DNA of 32,000 nucleotides from Candidatus Kuenenia stuttgartensis (GTDB lineage: Bacteria > Planctomycetota > Brocadiia > Brocadiales > Brocadiaceae). Both the position numbers and the translations under genes were made by a program. The notes under the pieces were generated by a model. It did not search any database. It had not been told where the DNA came from and saw only the letters and a list, made by a program, of their open reading frames with translations. Below are positions 8,837 to 19,454 of this stretch, in pieces. The stretch covers positions 2,550,001 through 2,582,000 of the forward strand of contig NZ_LT934425.1 of assembly GCF_900232105.1 (NCBI RefSeq), read 5' to 3'. Numbering within the stretch: position 1 is the first letter of the stretch; every line of letters begins with the position of its first letter.

Positions 8837-10621
8837 TTATCCTTTTAAAATAGCGTCAAATTTGCAGACTTCATAACACATCCCACACTTAATACAGATT
8901 TTCTGATCAATATGGTGAACCTTTTTCGTCTCTCCGGTTATAGCGTCTACCGGACAGTTTTTATAGCATAAGTGGCAACCAGTACATGCCTCCTCAATAA
9001 CCGAAAATTTGATGAGTTCTTTACATACGCCAGCCCTGCATTTATTTTCTTTAATATGTTCTACATATTCATCTTTAAAATATTTGAGTGTGGTCATAAT
9101 AGGATTAGGGGCTGTTTTTCCCAATCCGCACAGTGAAAGATCTTTGACTTTTTCTGAAAGGCTCTCTAGTTCATCCAAATCAGCCATACCCCCTCTGCCT
9201 TCTGTTATCTTTTCCAGTATCTCAAGCAACCTTTTAGTTCCAATACGGCAGAAGGTACATTTACCGCATGACTCGTTTTGCGTAAAAGTAAGGAAAAATT
9301 TAGCGACATCCACAATACAGGTATCATCATCCATAACTACCATACCGCCGGATCCCATAATTGCACCTGTTACAGAGATACTTTCATAATCTACCGGCGT
9401 ATCAAGCAACCTTTCCGGAACACAACCACCTGAAGGCCCGCCTAATTGAACTGCTTTAAAAGGTTTACCTGAAGATGTCCCCCCACCAATGGTGTATATG
9501 ATATCTCGTAAAGGAGTTCCCATATCAACCTCAATAAGTCCACCTCTGGCAATTTTTCCCGCCAGTGAAAAAACCTTCGTTCCCTTGCTTTTTTCCGTTC
9601 CGTATGAGGCATATATTTTCGCGCCATTATTGATAATCCATGGTACTGAAGCCAGTGTTTCAACATTATTTATATTCGTAGGATACCCCCACAATCCTGA
9701 TCCTGCAGGAAAAGGTGGTTTTAATCTTGGATGTCCGCGTTCGCCCTCTATAGAGGCAATCAGCGCTGTTTCTTCTCCACAAACAAAGGCGCCTGCACCT
9801 TCTTTAATCTTTAAGTGAAAAGAAAATTCACTATTTAATATATTGTGACCTAAAAGGTTTTTTTCTGTTGCCTGACTAATGGCTAATTTTAACCGCTTTA
9901 TCGCCAGAGGATACTCGGCGCGAACATACACATAACCATGTTCTGCACCAATTGCATATCCACCAATTATCAATCCCTCAATTACCTTGTGTGGGTCGCC
10001 TTCCAAAACTGCCCTGTCCATAAATGCGCCGGGATCACCCTCGTCTGCATTGCAGATCATGTATTTTTTTTCTCCGGTGCTATTTCTGGCAAATTGCCAT
10101 TTAAGACCTGTTGGAAATCCAGCACCGCCCCTGCCCCTTAATCCGGAAGTCTTTATCTCCTCGATAACCTGTTGCGGAGACATAGTTCCCAAAACTTTTT
10201 TAACTGCCTCATAGCCGCCTTTTTTAATATAGGGCGCAATATCGTCAGGATCGATAATACCGCAGTTTTCTAAAACAATCTTATGCTGTTTCTGCCGAAA
10301 ATCTTCTCTTCTGTCTGGCTTACTTGAATCTTCGATGATGAATTTTTCATCAATTGCGCCCTGATTAAGGAGGGGATCCAATATCTTGTCTAAATCTTTT
10401 TTATGAACGTTTCCCATCATCAGATGGTTGCCATCGGGATAAAAAACTTCCAGGATTGGTTCTTTAAAACACATTCCATTGCATGATGTGTGGCTTAAAG
10501 AAACATCGGGATTGTTTTCAATTTTTGAGGCTAATTCTCCATAGAGATCCTTAGCCCCTGCTGCTATGCCACAACTTCCTAAACCAATTACAAATCTTAT
10601 GTGCTGATTATTCTTTTCCAT
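8837..10621 (-). CDS. NuoF/HydB-type NADH-binding flavoprotein subunit with N-terminal thioredoxin-like 2Fe-2S and C-terminal ferredoxin domain
   Basis: GLRGRGGAGFPTGLKW, NADEGDPGAFMDR, GAGAFVCGEETALIASIEG, ESCGKCTFCRIGTKR; C-terminal CTGCHLCYKNCPVDAI and CIKCGMCYEVCKFDAIL. Confidence 0.93.
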   Translation of the reverse strand: MEKNNQHIRFVIGLGSCGIAAGAKDLYGELASKIENNPDVSLSHTSCNGMCFKEPILEVFYPDGNHLMMGNVHKKDLDKILDPLLNQGAIDEKFIIEDSSKPDRREDFRQKQHKIVLENCGIIDPDDIAPYIKKGGYEAVKKVLGTMSPQQVIEEIKTSGLRGRGGAGFPTGLKWQFARNSTGEKKYMICNADEGDPGAFMDRAVLEGDPHKVIEGLIIGGYAIGAEHGYVYVRAEYPLAIKRLKLAISQATEKNLLGHNILNSEFSFHLKIKEGAGAFVCGEETALIASIEGERGHPRLKPPFPAGSGLWGYPTNINNVETLASVPWIINNGAKIYASYGTEKSKGTKVFSLAGKIARGGLIEVDMGTPLRDIIYTIGGGTSSGKPFKAVQLGGPSGGCVPERLLDTPVDYESISVTGAIMGSGGMVVMDDDTCIVDVAKFFLTFTQNESCGKCTFCRIGTKRLLEILEKITEGRGGMADLDELESLSEKVKDLSLCGLGKTAPNPIMTTLKYFKDEYVEHIKENKCRAGVCKELIKFSVIEEACTGCHLCYKNCPVDAITGETKKVHHIDQKICIKCGMCYEVCKFDAILKG

Positions 10622-11066
10622 ATTTCTTTAGCGTCCCCCGCACTTTTGCTGATGAAAATCCACCAAATACATCTTCATTAATCATAATTACAGGGGCAAG
10701 AGAGCAACACCCTAGACAAGCCACCGTTTCCATGGAAAACGCTCCATCTTCCGTTGTTTGGTCAATATCAATGCCCAGTTGGTCTTTCATCGCTACAATG
10801 GTAATATCAGCGCCTTTCACATGGCAGGCGGTGCCTTTGCACACTTTAATGGCATTTCTCCCTTTGGGGGTTAATTTAAACTGTGCATAAAACGTGGCTA
10901 CGCCATAGAGATGGGATTTTGTTATCTCCGACTCCTCACAAACCTGATCTAAAACATCAAGAGGAAGGTATCCATACTCTTCCTGAATCGACTGTAAAAT
11001 GGGAATAGAAGCTTCTTTTGTATTGCCGCAGATTTCTAAATATTTTTTAACATTGGATTGGGACAT
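10608..11066 (-). CDS. NuoE/HydC-type [2Fe-2S] thioredoxin-like subunit
   Basis: YGVATFYAQFKLTPKGRNAIKVCKGTACHVKG...CLGCCSLAPVIMIN; overlaps the NuoF-like start by 14 bp. Confidence 0.93.
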   Translation of the reverse strand: MSQSNVKKYLEICGNTKEASIPILQSIQEEYGYLPLDVLDQVCEESEITKSHLYGVATFYAQFKLTPKGRNAIKVCKGTACHVKGADITIVAMKDQLGIDIDQTTEDGAFSMETVACLGCCSLAPVIMINEDVFGGFSSAKVRGTLKKYGKE

Positions 11067-11194
11067 TTTTGCACCATTATGCCTTTACAGGATGACAGGG
11101 AAGTTTGGTTTTGATCGATAAACTCTATTATTAAATCACAAAATTATAGAATTACAAGTGTTTTAAATTGTCTTGACAATTATGTCCCAATGTA

Positions 11195-11222
11195 TTGACA
11201 TTAATTGTTATCTTGATATAAT
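11195..11222 (+). promoter_or_regulatory. Sigma-70-type promoter upstream of dnaG
   Basis: TTGACA (11195-11200), 16-bp spacer, TATAAT (11217-11222), both exact consensus hexamers, about 57 bp before the dnaG ATG. Confidence 0.65.
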
Positions 11223-11278
11223 TAAAAAGTTTTAGGATAGCGCAAACAAAATAATTCATCTTACCTATCTCCAATTCA

Positions 11279-13078
11279 ATGGTACATTTTATTCCACAAG
11301 AAAAGATTGCGGAAATTCAGTTTGCCGCAGACATAGTTCAGATCATTTCAGAATACATTCAGTTAAAGCAAAGCGGAAAGGCGTTTATTGGCTTGTGTCC
11401 TTTCCATTCAGAAAAAACACCTTCTTTTTTTGTTAACCCGGATAAGAAACTTTTCAAGTGTTTTGGGTGTGGGGAAGGTGGTACCGTTTTTCAATTTGTC
11501 ATGAAACAGGAAGGGATGGATTTTGTGGAGGCCGTGAAACTGGTAGCCTCAAAATCACGTGTCGACCTTACCCAAATATATGCGAAAGAAACGTCCCTTT
11601 CATCTTCAAAAAAGACGCATCTGTACGAAACAACCAGGTTTGCCGCAACCTTCTATCAGAAGATGTTGCTTGATGCAATGAAGGGGAAAAAGGCCAGAGA
11701 CTATTTGTTGAAACGGAAGATAAATGACCACTCCATCAAAAACTTTTGCATTGGTTATGCTCCGGCAGAATGGGATTCGTTAGTAAAAATGTGCAAAGGG
11801 GGCAATGTTTCGATGTACCAGTTGCAACAGGCAGGATTAATTATACAAAAAAAGGAGCGCGATTCTTACTATGACCGTTTTCGGGACAGACTGATATTTC
11901 CAATACTGGATATAAGAAAGCAGGTGGTGGGTTTTGGAGGGCGGGCGCTGGATGATTCCCTCCCAAAATATTTAAACTCCCCGGAGACGGTTCTTTTTAA
12001 CAAGAGTAATATATTGTACGGCATTGATATTGCGAAAAGTGCCATCTTAAAAAAACAAAAAGTAATTCTCATGGAAGGGTACACCGATGTAATAATGGCG
12101 CATCAGCATGGGATAGAATGGGCTGTGGCGGTTCTTGGGACTGCTATCTCAAAACAACATCTCAGGAGTTTGAGACAATATTGCAGTCGGGTAATACTCC
12201 TTTTAGACGCAGACAGTGCCGGCCAAAAATCTTCGGACAGAAACCTGGATATCTTTATCGAAGAAGAATTTGATGTAAAAATTGCCCAATTGCCGAAGGG
12301 ATATGACCCATGTGATTTTTTGCTGGCGGAAGGTCCCGAAAAGTTCTTATCATATATTGATAGTGCAAAGGACTTTTTTCACTTTAAAATAGAATTTGCC
12401 GCAACTAAATGGGACATGTCCACCGTACATGGCAAGGCAAATGCTCTTAACAATGTGCTTGCTACAGCCATGAAGACGCCTGATGCTATAAAACGCAACC
12501 TGCTTATCAAATTAATTTCAGAAGAAATGTCTATCGATGAAGCAGCCTTGTGGTCACATATAAAAAATGTTAAAAGGCCTCTTTCTGTTCCTGCCAACAA
12601 CAATAACCAGAAAACAAAGCAGAGGCTGGATGCTTCTTCTATGGCTGAACGGGAAATTTTATATTTGATGTTATCTTGCAACAGCCTTATACCACGGATA
12701 ATAAACGAAAAGATTCCGGAAGAGTTTGATAACAAAGATTTCCTTGAGATAGCGGGAAGAATAGTAGAAATATATCAGAAAAACAAGGCCGTCAAAGAAG
12801 AAGATGTACTGCATTCAATTGGCGAAGCGCGGCTGAATAAGTTGCTGGTTGACATTGTTACCACCCGGGAATTTCAAGACATGACCGATTACAGAGATAG
12901 ATTGGAGGCATGTATTCTTTTCTTCAAAAGACGAAACAGAAGAAAGGATATTCATATTACAAAGAAAAAGATGCTGGAAACTGCACGGTCTTCTCATAAA
13001 GAAGAAGATATTGTTATGCTGCTGGAAGAATATCATAAAAAGAGCAGAAATATTCACGCGTTAAAAAATAAACCCTAG
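11279..13078 (+). CDS. dnaG: DNA primase
   Basis: CHC2 zinc finger GLCPFHSEKTPSFFVNPDKKLFKCFGCGEGG; TOPRIM VILMEGYTDVIMAHQ ... LLLDADSAGQKS. Confidence 0.95.
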   Translation: MVHFIPQEKIAEIQFAADIVQIISEYIQLKQSGKAFIGLCPFHSEKTPSFFVNPDKKLFKCFGCGEGGTVFQFVMKQEGMDFVEAVKLVASKSRVDLTQIYAKETSLSSSKKTHLYETTRFAATFYQKMLLDAMKGKKARDYLLKRKINDHSIKNFCIGYAPAEWDSLVKMCKGGNVSMYQLQQAGLIIQKKERDSYYDRFRDRLIFPILDIRKQVVGFGGRALDDSLPKYLNSPETVLFNKSNILYGIDIAKSAILKKQKVILMEGYTDVIMAHQHGIEWAVAVLGTAISKQHLRSLRQYCSRVILLLDADSAGQKSSDRNLDIFIEEEFDVKIAQLPKGYDPCDFLLAEGPEKFLSYIDSAKDFFHFKIEFAATKWDMSTVHGKANALNNVLATAMKTPDAIKRNLLIKLISEEMSIDEAALWSHIKNVKRPLSVPANNNNQKTKQRLDASSMAEREILYLMLSCNSLIPRIINEKIPEEFDNKDFLEIAGRIVEIYQKNKAVKEEDVLHSIGEARLNKLLVDIVTTREFQDMTDYRDRLEACILFFKRRNRRKDIHITKKKMLETARSSHKEEDIVMLLEEYHKKSRNIHALKNKP

Positions 13079-13113
13079 TATCTCGTTTCTGTAAAATGCA
13101 TACACCAAACAAT

Positions 13114-13194
13114 GTCATTGCAAAGAGTGGTACGGCGAAGCAATCTCTTGTTTCTCAAAAGACTTAAGAGTGCTTTCATGGCGCTTGCAATGAG
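13114..13194. repeat. REP-like dispersed inverted repeat
   Basis: gtcattgcaaagagtggtacggcgaagcaatctc ... gcgcttgcaatgag; same core (gtcattgc..gaagcaatc) as element 2560-2773. Confidence 0.55.
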
Positions 13195-13348
13195 GGTATG
13201 GGTAAACATTTTGCCGAAGCGATATACGAGCGTCATTTTTAATTGCATTAAAATTATGAAATAAAGTTTAAGTGGGCAGGCTAAATGAATATTTCCCCGC
13301 TTTATTTTATAGGATGAGATGAATAGTATAGGGAGGTCTAATCTCTGA

Positions 13349-15004
13349 ATGGAAAACTTGAATCAAAAAATCAAACTACTTACGCAAAAGGGTAAAGAAA
13401 AAGGGTATTTAACCTACGAAGAACTCAACGATATGTTGCCTGATGATGCAGAGATTCCACCAGGAAAAATAGACGATATATTGATGATGCTGGACGAACT
13501 GGGAATCGATCTGATTGACGAGGCGGATATTGAAGGTCGTGAAGTTGTTGATTCTGAAGAAGCAGAACATTATTCGGAAAGCGAATTCGGATTTGGCGAG
13601 GTTTCCACTGTTACGGAGAAGATAGATGATCCCGTTCGGATGTATTTAACCCAGATGGGAGAGATTCCACTTCTTACGCGGGATGAGGAAATCATGCTTG
13701 CAAAAAAAATAGAGATTACACGTCGTGGGTTTTTGAAAAAGGTTTTGCATTCTGACCTTTCTTTGCAGACCTGTTTGAAGATAGTTGAGGATGTAAACAA
13801 TGGGGAGCTTTCCTTTGACCGTACGCTAAAAGTTGACGCAATGGTGGAAAATTACAAAGATGACATTCTGGAGGAGTTTCCCAGAAGCGCAAAATATTTA
13901 CGGTCAATTATTCAAAAAAATAAGGAAGATTATCAACGGCTGAAACGAAAACAAACACCGGAGAAAGAAAAAATAAAGCTGTTAAGAACGATCCGGAATA
14001 GAAGACGGAAGGGCATCCGCCGTCTCGAAGAAATTAATATTCGAACAAAAAGAATACAACCGATGATGAAGCGACTCCAGGAGATCGCGCTCGAAATGGA
14101 GCAGCTTGAACAACAGATTGGAGAGAAAAATGGCCGCTCAAAAGCTAATAATCATTATAAGGAATTAGAGGAACAATATCTGGCTCTGGAGAATACCGTT
14201 TTAGAGACGGGCGAACGTTTGAAACGGCGCCTGCTTTCTATCGAAAGTATTTACAAGGAACATGAGTCAGCAAAAAGAAAGCTTTCAGGGGCAAATCTTA
14301 GATTGGTGGTGAGCATTGCGAAAAAATACAGGAATCGCGGCCTGAGTTTTCTCGATCTTATTCAGGAGGGAAACACAGGGCTTATGCGTGCAGTGGACAA
14401 GTATGAATACCGGCGCGGATATAAATTCAGCACCTATGCAACGTGGTGGATACGGCAGGCCATTACCCGCTCCATTGCGGATCAGGCGAGAACTATCCGC
14501 ATTCCTGTACATATGATCGAGACCATGAGCAAGATACGTAATATTTCAAAAAAACTGTTACAGGATAAAGGACGGGAACCTACAATAGAAGAGATTGCAC
14601 GAGAGGTAAAGATTTCCGTGCCAGAGGCGAGAAGGGTACTGAAAATATCCCGGCATCAGATTTCGCTGGACCGTCCCGTTGGCGAGAGCGAAGACAGTTC
14701 TTTCGGAGATTTTATTGAAGATGAAAAGGCAGAATCGCCGGTTGCCGCGGCAACACAGGAAATGCTAAAAGACAAGATTGAATCGGTGCTGGAAACGCTG
14801 ACATACCGTGAGAGGGAGATTATAAAACTTCGTTATGGCATAGGGGATGGTTATACATATACACTGGAAGAAGTTGGAAAGATTTTTAAGGTAACAAGAG
14901 AAAGAGTGCGGCAAATAGAGGCAAAAGCGGTGAGGAAATTACAGCATCCGATCAGAAGCAGAAAGCTGGAAGGGTTTTTGGATGGCATTGGCAGTACTAT
15001 TTAA
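13349..15004 (+). CDS. rpoD: RNA polymerase primary sigma factor RpoD
   Basis: Region 2 [76 protein letters not shown]; region 4 [45 protein letters not shown]. Confidence 0.97.
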   Translation: MENLNQKIKLLTQKGKEKGYLTYEELNDMLPDDAEIPPGKIDDILMMLDELGIDLIDEADIEGREVVDSEEAEHYSESEFGFGEVSTVTEKIDDPVRMYLTQMGEIPLLTRDEEIMLAKKIEITRRGFLKKVLHSDLSLQTCLKIVEDVNNGELSFDRTLKVDAMVENYKDDILEEFPRSAKYLRSIIQKNKEDYQRLKRKQTPEKEKIKLLRTIRNRRRKGIRRLEEINIRTKRIQPMMKRLQEIALEMEQLEQQIGEKNGRSKANNHYKELEEQYLALENTVLETGERLKRRLLSIESIYKEHESAKRKLSGANLRLVVSIAKKYRNRGLSFLDLIQEGNTGLMRAVDKYEYRRGYKFSTYATWWIRQAITRSIADQARTIRIPVHMIETMSKIRNISKKLLQDKGREPTIEEIAREVKISVPEARRVLKISRHQISLDRPVGESEDSSFGDFIEDEKAESPVAAATQEMLKDKIESVLETLTYREREIIKLRYGIGDGYTYTLEEVGKIFKVTRERVRQIEAKAVRKLQHPIRSRKLEGFLDGIGSTI

Positions 15005-15057
15005 AATGTGATTTAGTAAATCCAATATGGACTATTCATAAAAGTGATGGGAAATCA

Positions 15058-15786
15058 ATGAGTGAAAAAATAGAGACGCTTCGCAGATTACAATCAATAG
15101 ATAGCAAGCTGAAAAGGTTGGAAGGCGATAAGCTATACAGAGCCCATGATATAGAGAAAAAGAAGGGCGAAATTAAAAAAAAGAGGGACGAGCTGGCAGA
15201 TATTGTGCGGGATATAAAGAATTATCAAAAGAACATTGGCATGAAAGAACTCGAACTGAAAACGAAAGAGGGAGAAATTGATAAATTAAACGTACAGATG
15301 AATCAGGCAAAAACGAATAAAGAATTCAGTGCGTTTAAGACGGAGATCGGGGGGAAGGAAGCGGATAAATCTCTCATAGAAGACGCCATACTTGGAATGA
15401 TAACAAAGCTTGAGGAAATGCAGCAACGGCAAAGCACGTTTGAAAAAGAAATTGAGCATGAAGAAGTTCTTTTAATAGAACTTCAAAAGAAGGTAGAAAC
15501 TGATATGAAAGCAATGGATGCAGAAATTGTAGCGCTCAAAGAAAAACGGAATAAATTCGCAGCGCTCCTCGATAATAATACATTGCAACAATATGACAGA
15601 TTGACAAACAATAAGGACGGCATTGCTGTAGTGGGTGTCGTAAATAAGGTATGCCAGAGTTGTTTCATGTCCGTTACCTCTCAAACAATCAACCTGCTTA
15701 TGTCGAATAAAGATATCACGTACTGCCACAGTTGCGGCCGCATTTTATATTTGGATGACGGCAGCAATGATCGGGAAGAATTATAA
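15058..15786 (+). CDS. Coiled-coil protein with C-terminal C4 zinc ribbon
   Basis: Long coiled-coil N-terminus; C-terminal CQSCFMSVTSQTINLLMSNKDITYCHSCGRILY. Confidence 0.85.
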   Translation: MSEKIETLRRLQSIDSKLKRLEGDKLYRAHDIEKKKGEIKKKRDELADIVRDIKNYQKNIGMKELELKTKEGEIDKLNVQMNQAKTNKEFSAFKTEIGGKEADKSLIEDAILGMITKLEEMQQRQSTFEKEIEHEEVLLIELQKKVETDMKAMDAEIVALKEKRNKFAALLDNNTLQQYDRLTNNKDGIAVVGVVNKVCQSCFMSVTSQTINLLMSNKDITYCHSCGRILYLDDGSNDREEL

Positions 15787-15794
15787 AAAAGTAT

Positions 15795-16178
15795 AAAAGT
15801 AGACGAGGTGATCGCCGGTTATAATGAATCTTCGGATTTATTATTGGACGGGAGGAAAGTCCGAGCTCCATAGGGCGCAGTGCTCCGTAACGCGGAGTCC
15901 CGGCGACGGGAAGGAAAGTGCAACAGAAAATATACCGTCTCATCTTTTTTTCGATGGGATAAGGGTGAAATGGCGGGGCCGAAAGGCTTAATGTAAGAGC
16001 CCACCGCTCCGGCGGCGACGTTGGAGGCATGGCAAACCCCACTGGGAGAAAGGCCAAATAGGGAGGGATGAAGCTGCCCGCTTCGCTATACCTTCGGGTA
16101 GGCCGTTAGATCTCGCTGGCAACAACGAGGCTAGATGAATGATCACCCACGACAAGACTCGGCTTATTGTCTACTTTT
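15795..16178 (+). ncRNA. rnpB: RNase P RNA (bacterial type A-like)
   Basis: gaggaaagtccgagctccatagggc...gcggagtcccggcgacgggaaggaaagtgcaacagaaa...gggtgaaatggcggggcc...ggcaaaccccactgggagaaaggccaaataggg...gatgaatgatcaccc; ends pair as P1 (aaaagtagac / gtctactttt). Confidence 0.95.
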
Positions 16179-16187
16179 ACCAATAAA

Positions 16188-16217
16188 TCCCCTGCGGCGT
16201 GAAACTGCCGCAGGGGA
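16188..16217 (+). terminator. Hairpin terminator downstream of rnpB
   Basis: tcccctgcggc-gtgaaact-gccgcagggga followed by tttatatt; 11-bp perfect stem, weak T tract. Confidence 0.65.
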
Positions 16218-16358
16218 TTTATATTGTTGTGATGTAAAAACCTCTTTTTTGCATATCCTTACCAACATTTTTCATATTCTGGCAAGGTATGTTGATGTAT
16301 TCAAAATGTTCATGGGTTTATTTTTATAGATGCATGTATACCACCGATGTTTATGTTG

Positions 16359-17123
16359 TCATCCTCTCCTTATTGCGATATTCTTTCCGATTAAATACTC
16401 TTTTACTTCCCGCATAGAAATTTCTCTGTAATGAAATATCGATGCCGCCAGGGCAGCATCCGCCTTTCCCACGGTGAAGACATCATAAAAATGTTCTCGT
16501 TTTCCGGCGCCACCAGATGCAATAATCGGTATGTTTACTGATTCCGAGATCGTTTTGTTCAACTCAATGCCGTATCCGTCTTTCGTACCGTCATGATCCA
16601 TACTGGTAAGAAGTATCTCTCCCGCACCCCTCTCCTCCATTTCAATTGCCCAGCGAACGGCATCTAATCCGGTTGGCGTTCTGCCGCCATTGATATATAC
16701 CTCCCATTTTACGTTATTTGGTACCTGCTTAACGTCTATGGCAACCACGATGCACTGCCTTCCAAATCTTCTGGAAGCTTCCGTGACAAATTCAGGATTT
16801 TTTACCGCAGCGGTGTTAATTGAAACCTTGTCAGCGCCTGCATTTAATAACCGGCGAATATCCTCAATGTTTCTAATCCCTCCCCCTACAGTAAAGGGAA
16901 TAAATACCTGTTCTGCCGTCTTTCGGACAACATCCAGAATAATATCCCTTTTCTCATGAGACGCAGTAATGTCAAGAAAGGTTAATTCGTCAGCGCCTTC
17001 TTTATCATATAAAGAGGCTATTTCTACCGGGTCGCCTGCATCCTTCAGGTTTACAAAATTTGTTCCTTTCACGACACGCCCGTCTTTGACGTCAAGGCAA
17101 GGTATGATTCTTTTCGCAAGCAT
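16359..17123 (-). CDS. hisF: Imidazole glycerol phosphate synthase subunit HisF
   Basis: [34 protein letters not shown]...VGGGIR...KVSINTAAV...IASGGAG. Confidence 0.97.
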   Translation of the reverse strand: MLAKRIIPCLDVKDGRVVKGTNFVNLKDAGDPVEIASLYDKEGADELTFLDITASHEKRDIILDVVRKTAEQVFIPFTVGGGIRNIEDIRRLLNAGADKVSINTAAVKNPEFVTEASRRFGRQCIVVAIDVKQVPNNVKWEVYINGGRTPTGLDAVRWAIEMEERGAGEILLTSMDHDGTKDGYGIELNKTISESVNIPIIASGGAGKREHFYDVFTVGKADAALAASIFHYREISMREVKEYLIGKNIAIRRG

Positions 17124-17225
17124 ATTTATTTAATTGTCCCTATTCATAATAGGAAGGGAAGTAGTAATTGTTTTTTGAGGGTTAACAATGTTGGAGCACA
17201 TGAAAATGATCTGACGGGAAAAAGA

Positions 17226-17987
17226 TTAAAAATCCTTTTCTGGACTGCTTGCATTTGCGTAAAGTTTTTTAGGGATACGGCCGGCAAGATAGGCAAAACG
17301 ACCCGCTTCGCAGGCCAATTTCATGGCTATTGCCATCTTCACAGGATCTTTTGCATGGGCAATGCCTGTATTCAACAGCACGCCTTCACAGCCAAGCTCC
17401 ATCGCCATTGCAACATCTGATGCAGTACCAACACCTGCGTCAACAATGATGGGGATTTTGGCGGATTCAAGAATAATCCTTATATTGTTTCTGTTAAGGA
17501 TGCCCTGTCCTGACCCAATAGGAGAACCTGCAGGCATAACGCAGGTAGCTCCGGCATCTTCCAGTTTTTTCGCAACAATAGGATCGTCAGAAGTGTATAC
17601 CAGTACGGTAAAACCTTCATTGACCAATACCTTTGTTGCTTTCAGTGTATCTATAGGATCAGGCAAAAGCGTTCTCTCGTCGCCGAGAACTTCCAGCTTA
17701 ATCATGTCGGATAGCCCTGTTTCACGGGCAAGGTGTGCAACCCTGATTGCTTCATCGGCAGAATAACATCCTGCCGTGTTGGGCAAAATTGTGTATTTAT
17801 TTGTATCAATGTAATCAAACAGGGATTCCGATTCGTTGATTTTTGCTCTTCTGACAGCAACTGTAATCACTTCAGCGCCGCTAGCCTCTAAAGCCTTTGC
17901 CATTATATCAAGAGTGGGGTATTTCCCAGTGCCAACGAAAAGCCTGGATGTAAATTTACGACTGCCGATCGTTAACCTTTTATCCAT
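17226..17987 (-). CDS. thiG: Thiazole synthase ThiG
   Basis: [33 protein letters not shown]...[22 protein letters not shown]...[31 protein letters not shown]. Confidence 0.96.
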   Translation of the reverse strand: MDKRLTIGSRKFTSRLFVGTGKYPTLDIMAKALEASGAEVITVAVRRAKINESESLFDYIDTNKYTILPNTAGCYSADEAIRVAHLARETGLSDMIKLEVLGDERTLLPDPIDTLKATKVLVNEGFTVLVYTSDDPIVAKKLEDAGATCVMPAGSPIGSGQGILNRNNIRIILESAKIPIIVDAGVGTASDVAMAMELGCEGVLLNTGIAHAKDPVKMAIAMKLACEAGRFAYLAGRIPKKLYANASSPEKDF

Positions 17988-18006
17988 GTTCCCTCTTTTT
18001 TTTGTA

Positions 18007-18207
18007 TTAACCGCCGCCTACAAAAGTAACCACTTCCAGCACATCTGTATCTTTTACTATTCGGGAAGAATGCTCCTTGCGCGGGATAATTTGTGCATTT
18101 AACTCTACCGCAGTGCGATGCTTATCAATAGTATACAACTCCAGCAGTTTTTCGATAGTAGTCCCCGCAGGACATTCTTTTATTTCACCGTTTAAGGTAA
18201 TTCTCAT
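18007..18207 (-). CDS. thiS: Sulfur carrier protein ThiS
   Basis: Short beta-grasp protein [25 protein letters not shown]...[30 protein letters not shown], ending in the diagnostic GGG-type tail, directly upstream of thiG. Confidence 0.92.
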   Translation of the reverse strand: MRITLNGEIKECPAGTTIEKLLELYTIDKHRTAVELNAQIIPRKEHSSRIVKDTDVLEVVTFVGGG

Positions 18208-18450
18208 TCTTTCTTCCTGGCCGCAGATGTCTTTTTTATCCATCACAAATTCTCCTCCCACCCCGCTATAAAATGGGGAGTTTCCTATAACACTACAATA
18301 AATTCTCAGGCAAAAATGTTAATGTATATAAAAATGAAATGCAAGTGAAAAGAACGGCCTGAAAAGAAGTTTTGCAAAGGGTTTGACAATAAGTTGCAAC
18401 TGTTTTAAAATCCGGTTTGTTCATTATTTTAAAAATACCATATATGAAAA

Positions 18451-19449
18451 ATGAAACCTTCCGACACGACCCTACGTAAAGACGAAATCGTCAAAATAAT
18501 CAATCAGCATAAACGTTTCTATATTACCACGCATGTCCGTGCAGATGGAGATGCGCTGGGTTCAGAAATAGCCCTTTTTTATGTCCTTAGACAATTGAAT
18601 AAATCTGTTTACATTGTGAACGAATCTATCGTTCCCAATATTTATAAATGGATCGCCCCTACCTCCGGAATGTATATTTATCCGGATATTCCTTCAGAAA
18701 AACCAGAAGTAGTTTTCTGTCTGGATTGTCCTACGCTTGCCAGAATTGGAAAGATTGCTGATTTCGTGCCAAAAGACGCCGCCATAATAAACATCGATCA
18801 CCACATATCAAATGAGCTTTTTGGTGACATCAACTGGGTGCTTGAAGATATGAGTTCCACAGGAGAAATGATATTATCCCTTATTAAAGAAATGGATATT
18901 ACCATTACCCCTGATATTGCCACGGCGATATATATTGCTATTGTGACCGATACCGGAAGATTCACCCATAGCAATACGACTCCGGCTGTCTTTCTGGCGG
19001 TGGCATTTCTTCTGGAGCATGGGGCAAGACATGCGGAAATATCTAAAAATGTTTACAACACAAATTCCTTTCGCTTATTGCAATTGTACGCGCAAGCGCT
19101 TAATACAATAGAACTGCATTTGGATAATAAGGTTGCTACCGTATTCCTTACAAAAGAAATGCTGGAAGAAGCAAAGGTTGATCCTATCGATACACACGAA
19201 TTTGCGGATATCCCCGTTTCAATAGATGGGGTTTCTGTGGGGATATTATTCCGCGATGTGACGTCATCTCATTTTGTCAAAGTAAGTATGCGGAGCAGAA
19301 ACGGTTTTAATGTAAACAAGATTGCAATGAAATTTGGCGGAGGGGGGCACAAATACGCTTCAGGCTGTGAAATAGAAGGAAGCATTAAAGATGCGCAGCG
19401 ATTAATACTCGGGGAAATTAAAAAAGCTTTACAGGAAGGCTCTTATTAG
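18451..19449 (+). CDS. DHH/DHHA1 family phosphoesterase, NrnA/oligoribonuclease-like
   Basis: ITTHVRADGDALGSEIAL, INIDHHISNELFGDINWV, ATAIYIAIVTDTGRFTHSNT, FGGGGHKYASGCEI. Confidence 0.92.
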   Translation: MKPSDTTLRKDEIVKIINQHKRFYITTHVRADGDALGSEIALFYVLRQLNKSVYIVNESIVPNIYKWIAPTSGMYIYPDIPSEKPEVVFCLDCPTLARIGKIADFVPKDAAIINIDHHISNELFGDINWVLEDMSSTGEMILSLIKEMDITITPDIATAIYIAIVTDTGRFTHSNTTPAVFLAVAFLLEHGARHAEISKNVYNTNSFRLLQLYAQALNTIELHLDNKVATVFLTKEMLEEAKVDPIDTHEFADIPVSIDGVSVGILFRDVTSSHFVKVSMRSRNGFNVNKIAMKFGGGGHKYASGCEIEGSIKDAQRLILGEIKKALQEGSY

Positions 19450-19454
19450 AATCA

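Noticed and set aside
6753-11066. [FeFe]-hydrogenase (HydABC) or complex I operon
   Set aside because: No H-cluster (TSCCPxW/ FECxGGCxxGGG-type) motif and no NuoG molybdopterin-like domain or membrane subunits; only NuoE, NuoF and GltD-like proteins are present.
16134-16329. Short ORF overlapping the 3' end of rnpB
   Set aside because: It overlaps the RNase P RNA P1 strand and the terminator hairpin and has no RBS.
18208-18450. TPP riboswitch upstream of thiS
   Set aside because: I found no convincing TPP core (ctgagat...) on the minus strand in the leader; only a short AT-rich region.
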